Shown one piece after another: positions 46,315 to 50,775 of a stretch of 50,775 bases of DNA (position 1 is its first letter; each line of letters opens with the position of its first letter). Source of the DNA: Trichoplax sp. H2 (Eukaryota); contig NOWV01000218.1 of the NCBI GenBank assembly GCA_003344405.1, positions 62,001 to 112,775 of the forward strand. Direction: 5' to 3'. The translations under genes were made by a program, and so were the position numbers. The notes beneath the pieces are model-generated. The model saw nothing but the letters and a program-made list of their open reading frames with translations, had not been told where the DNA came from and did not search any database.

Positions 46315-46580
46315 CTGCGGTACAGTACTGTACTGTACTGTACCGATATTTACCAGCCCATGCTACTGACCAAATGCTATACTGTACTGTGCAATGTCGA
46401 CATGTATCTTGTTGTTGTAGTAATCGTTGCGTTTACTTGCGTACTGTACTGATTGCCCTAAAGTACAGTACAGTACAGTACGCTACAGTACTAGTACTGT
46501 AGTTTAGTACACTGAAAACGACTGTGATACTGTACAGCACATTCTGCCATCAGCACCATTCAGCAGTACGTGTACGGTAC
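46315..46580. repeat. TACTG/CAGTA-rich tract just upstream of VTI1B, including an 11-bp inverted repeat
   Basis: cggtacagtac (46318-46328) and gtactgtaccg (46335-46345). Also aagtacagtacagtacagtacg at about 46461-46482. Confidence 0.8.
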
Positions 46581-46642
46581 TGGACGGTTCAAAAAAAGTT
46601 CTTTCTGTTTTTTACTACAGTAGTAGTTACAGTCAACAATGC

Positions 46643-47218
46643 ACCTTATGACTACAGTATGACAACGATGACAACGATGACATCATGATCATTCATCGCC
46701 ATTCGTAAGCCTAATTCCTCCTTTTCCTGGTGATCGTTCATGCTGTTTTCGTGCAATTAGATAGTTCTTAAATTCAAAATTCAATCGTTTTCTTGATTCT
46801 CACCAGTTTCAACTGAGTTTATGCATACTTTGTACTACCTTATGACTACATACAGTCTACAGTATGACAACGATAACATCATGATCATTCATCGCCATTC
46901 TTAAGCCTAATTCCTCCTTTTCCTTGTGATCGTTCATGCTGTTTTCGTGCAATTAGATAGTTCTTAAATTCAAAATTCAATCGTTTTCTTGATTCTCGCC
47001 TGTTTCAACTGAGTTTATGTATACTTTGTAGTACCTTATGACTACATACAGTCTACAGTATGACAACGATAACATCATGATCATTCATCGCCATTCGTCA
47101 GCCTAATTCCTCCTTTTCCTTGTGATCGTTCATGCTGGGGTATTCGTGTAATTCGATAGTTCTCAAATTCAATCGTTTTCTTGATTCTCACCAGTTTCAA
47201 CTGAGTTTATGCATACTT
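46643..47218. repeat. Tandem array, 3 x about 195-197 bp
   Basis: accttatgactaca at about 46643, 46837 and 47034. Bodies are near-identical (…catcatgatcattcatcgccatt…gtttcaactgagtttatg…). Confidence 0.95.
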
Positions 47219-47636
47219 ATATGACGGAAGCGATTCTGATTCAATACAGTAAGATTTCCGAGCTCATTGCAAACTCATATCACTCAACGGCTAAAGCCTG
47301 AGTAGATCACAGTATCGTTTCCGTGACATTTTAAAGTTCTCTACTCGACATGGGTGCCATGAACAAAGATTTCTATTAAAGTACAGACTTTCACGGTATT
47401 AAAATAAGACCTTTTAAAATAAAAAATTTGAAGTTTTAATCCATCCTAGGTTCATACACCATATTTGATAGAAATATGACGGAAGCGATTCTGATTCAAT
47501 ACAGTAAAATTTCCGAGCTCATTGCAAACTCATATCACTCAACGGCTAAAGCCTGAGTAGATCACAGTATCGTTTCCGTGACATTTTAAAGTTCTCTACT
47601 CAACATGGGTGCCATGAACAAAGATTTCTATTAAAG
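47219..47636. repeat. Direct duplication of about 163 bp (period about 255 bp)
   Basis: atatgacggaagcgattctg…gatttctattaaag at 47219-47381 and 47474-47636, with about 2 substitutions. Confidence 0.95.
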
Positions 47637-49934
47637 ATGAACCATACACAAGTAACAGTACAGTATAGTACACAGGAACGTCCGAAAATACAGTACTGCA
47701 TACCTTACTCTATTTTATTTATTTATTTATTTTTTCCCCTCTTATAAAGTTAATATTAGCAATTCTATACTTTTTGCGGACAGTGTTATAAGAGGATATG
47801 CTGGTTAACACATCTCCTTGTGTAGGGAAGTTCTTGGGATTACATACGCGTACATTGAATTCATGGGAGTTATTAATCAGCTTTCAACCAACTACTGTAG
47901 GTCTAACAGAAATTCCAGGAGAATTTTCTCTTATTAGAAGTCGCTGACGATATTTAGGACTGCAGTCCTAAGCTGTATGTACAGCACTATACCGAAATTT
48001 ATTCCGAGAAGAAGGGGCGGATTTAATTACATACAGTACGCATGTGACTACTTAATTAATTAATCGCTCTGAAATCAAATTATTATTAGCGGGTAAGAGA
48101 GGATTATTAGCTTTAAAGCGACCGTATTTGGTGACAGAGCTATAGTAGTTTACAGTAGTAGTTTAAATTAGAAGCAAGATCACTTCAGTAGATTGCAAGC
48201 GGTAAAGCTATTACCTCCACCAGTTGGTCATTTGCCGAAAATATATAAAATAACGAAGGTGTCGGAGAAAGGGGTGAAATACCCTTGAAGCATCCCTTAA
48301 TTCATGGAATCGCCAAATTCAGCTGTTCATCATAATGTCCATCCTAATGATGGGTGACTGATAGGGTTTATCCGCTTAAAATGCAGGTTGAGTATTGCAG
48401 AACCAACTTGAATGTTCTCAAACATCATTAATAAAAGTTAATATTCGTACATGTATTGTAGTAATTATGATAATACTGTACTCGTACGTTGATAAATAAA
48501 TAAATGTTGAGCCAACTGTTGAGTATTTGCTGTCTGTACAGTATTTAGTTTCTGCATCTATACATACAGCATGTCTACGTATGAAACTGGAATCTATATT
48601 AAATCCGCATGGACTTGTACTGCACCATGCTAATATACTGTTGTAGTCAAGTATTTACGTATTATAATTTCATACAGTAAATTCCAACGATTTTCAGTCA
48701 CTGTGTAAATAACTTATGAAAAGTAAAATATAATGCAAATAGGTTGCGTAAAATAATTTCATTAAAATCGTAACAATGATTTACTTACAGTTAGTAATAA
48801 TAATGGTCTTAGGTATAATTAGCTATAGGACTGGTAAGATCGTCCATGTTGCACTACATTTATACCCACATTGGCCAAGTAAATAACAAGATATTTATTT
48901 ATCTATCGATTGTCCATAACTGAGTCTACGGTATCACAACAGGAAACTATGCATATTCGTTGCTACTTCACTACTAGAGGAAATATGCATAGAAGATACT
49001 TTATCCAATCTGTTGCAAAAATGATTTTACTTAAAGCTAGCCTAGTAGTGATTATTTTATTATTTTAGAGAAAAGTCATCATACTGGACGAGAAAAGATA
49101 TAGGAGAAATATAGATTTACAGAGTCGATAGACTATCTAAAGGTCTTATGATTAATACAATTCTTGAATATAAGAAATCATGATCTAGAATTGTTATCAC
49201 TTGAGTAAAGGTGCTACTCCTGTTCGATGACAAGCTGAAGTCAGGATCAATTTTTGACCAACGTTATGACGCAATACTCATAGGCATTTGATAACTGGTG
49301 AGAAATACTTGACGATAACTGCACCCTCCTGGCGTCTATTATTTAGCTAAAGTGATTGACTTCGCGGGGATATTATTTGTCGATATTTCGTCTAGCGAAT
49401 AATAAGCCAATGTGCGTATTTCGGAGTCTTACATTTTACATTCGATAAACGATCAATGACAATTATCCAAACTGTTGCCCAATATGAAAAATGTTAAGTA
49501 CAAGTAAGTTCCAGAAAATCAGATAAGACGCAGCTAAGGCATCCAGACTTGAGACATTGGCTATCTTTATCGTAATTAATATCATTATTTCATTCATATT
49601 TAGTATTATCTCAAAATAACTGACGAAAGATGTTTATTTTAAGTAGAAATGAGCGCGTACAGCTACATGCGGACCGGCATCCCGTAGTCATTAATATAAT
49701 TGCGTGGTAGCTGCATATAGTTATAAATAGGATGCTTTTAAAATAGGCAGACTTTTTCGTATTTTTCTTGCAGTGGTTGCTGTCACAGCTTGCTGCGTAG
49801 AGAGCTGTAAATTTAGTACAGAATTTAGATCTATTTAATTCCTTTCGTATCAGAAATTAAGAAAAAATTAAAATAAACTAAATTTCTCCATTGCAACATA
49901 CGCACGATAGAACACATTAAGTAATCAATTCTCG

Positions 49935-50370
49935 ATGGATACTAAAGCTAACAGGTAAAAAAAAAATACCATACAAAACTTTATGATGCTGCATGTAGAT
50001 CTTGTACGATTATCTACGTTAACGTAAAATCTAAGTTTTCATTATTACAGTAATAATAAATGTGCTTTGCTAAGCTGCTGTTAACGAACATTGTGGTAAC
50101 GGTTGAAACCTACGCACGTATTATCTACTCTAGTATTCTCGTATCTGCTTTACGAGTAAACTTGCATTAATCTATGCCTTTTTTCATTTTTTAGTGAAAA
50201 TTATTCGTACGAAGACGTAGAAGCAATCTGCAAGTTCTTGTTGGAAAAATCTCATTATCGTCCAAAAATTGGAATTATTTGCGGTTCAGGACTGTCAAAC
50301 TTAGCTGATATATTACAGGAACAAGAAGTAATTGCATATTCGGATATACCGAATTTTCCCACATGTACAG
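49935..50370 (+). CDS. PNP: Purine nucleoside phosphorylase, 5' part (exons 49935-49954 and 50195-50370); continues beyond the window
   Basis: MDTKANS|ENYSYEDVEAICKFLLEKSHYRPKIGIICGSGLSNLADILQEQEVIAYSDIPNFPTCT. IICGSGL and IPNFP are trimeric-PNP N-terminal motifs. The 20-nt phase-2 first exon (ATG…AACAG|GTAAAA) is less certain than exon 2. Confidence 0.9.
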
Positions 50371-50775
50371 GTGACAATCCCGGTGATAAACTCTGGGATA
50401 TTTATAGGCATATTTTGCATTAATTTAATTATAATACTGCACTTGCCGTACGAATATAAGATACTAGTGCAAACTCCCGTCGCTTTGCTGACGGTTTACG
50501 ATAATGTGCTCATTTAACAGATAGTATTACCATTTGATAGACCTGTCAGATTCGGAACTAAGATTGCTATAGCTCCTAAAAGATATTATAAGCTTGCAGT
50601 ACTATGTCTTCTTTACGATATTAGTCAGATACTACCTATTACTGTTATGTACAGGCAGTTGATATAGTCTAAGTAAAATTGTAGTAGGTGACCATAAGAA
50701 CTTAAAAATTAAAGATAGTTAATTTACTGACTGCTATCTTAGCTTGGAGATCAATATGAGCGAGTGTAGCACCAC

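Overview
Eukaryotic, AT-rich, intron-dense metazoan genomic DNA. Very short introns and compact gene spacing suggest a placozoan such as Trichoplax (inference). I assembled five spliced genes by hand from GT-AG junctions and phase: (1) the first coding exon of a kindlin/fermitin (-, rest lies left of the window); (2) a complete 25-exon Sec23 (+, 8781-16027, about 780 aa); (3) a complete 30-exon Girdin/Daple (CCDC88)-family gene (-, 36018-19370, about 2917 aa) with a 4.4-kb coiled-coil exon, a 5x31-aa internal repeat, a divergent GBA-like motif and two TLPRNF motifs; (4) a complete 8-exon Vti1b SNARE (-, 46259-43050, 228 aa); (5) the first two exons of purine nucleoside phosphorylase (+, from 49935). 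Both head-to-head intergenic regions carry young, complex tandem repeat arrays. There are also a 20-N assembly gap, several inverted repeats and clusters of TACTG/CAGTA repeats. The most notable points are the oversized CCDC88 protein and that, from memory, all five genes have a human orthologue on chromosome 14, which suggests ancient linkage. Most small ORFs in the supplied track are spurious. No prokaryotic system, CRISPR array, tRNA or rRNA is supported.
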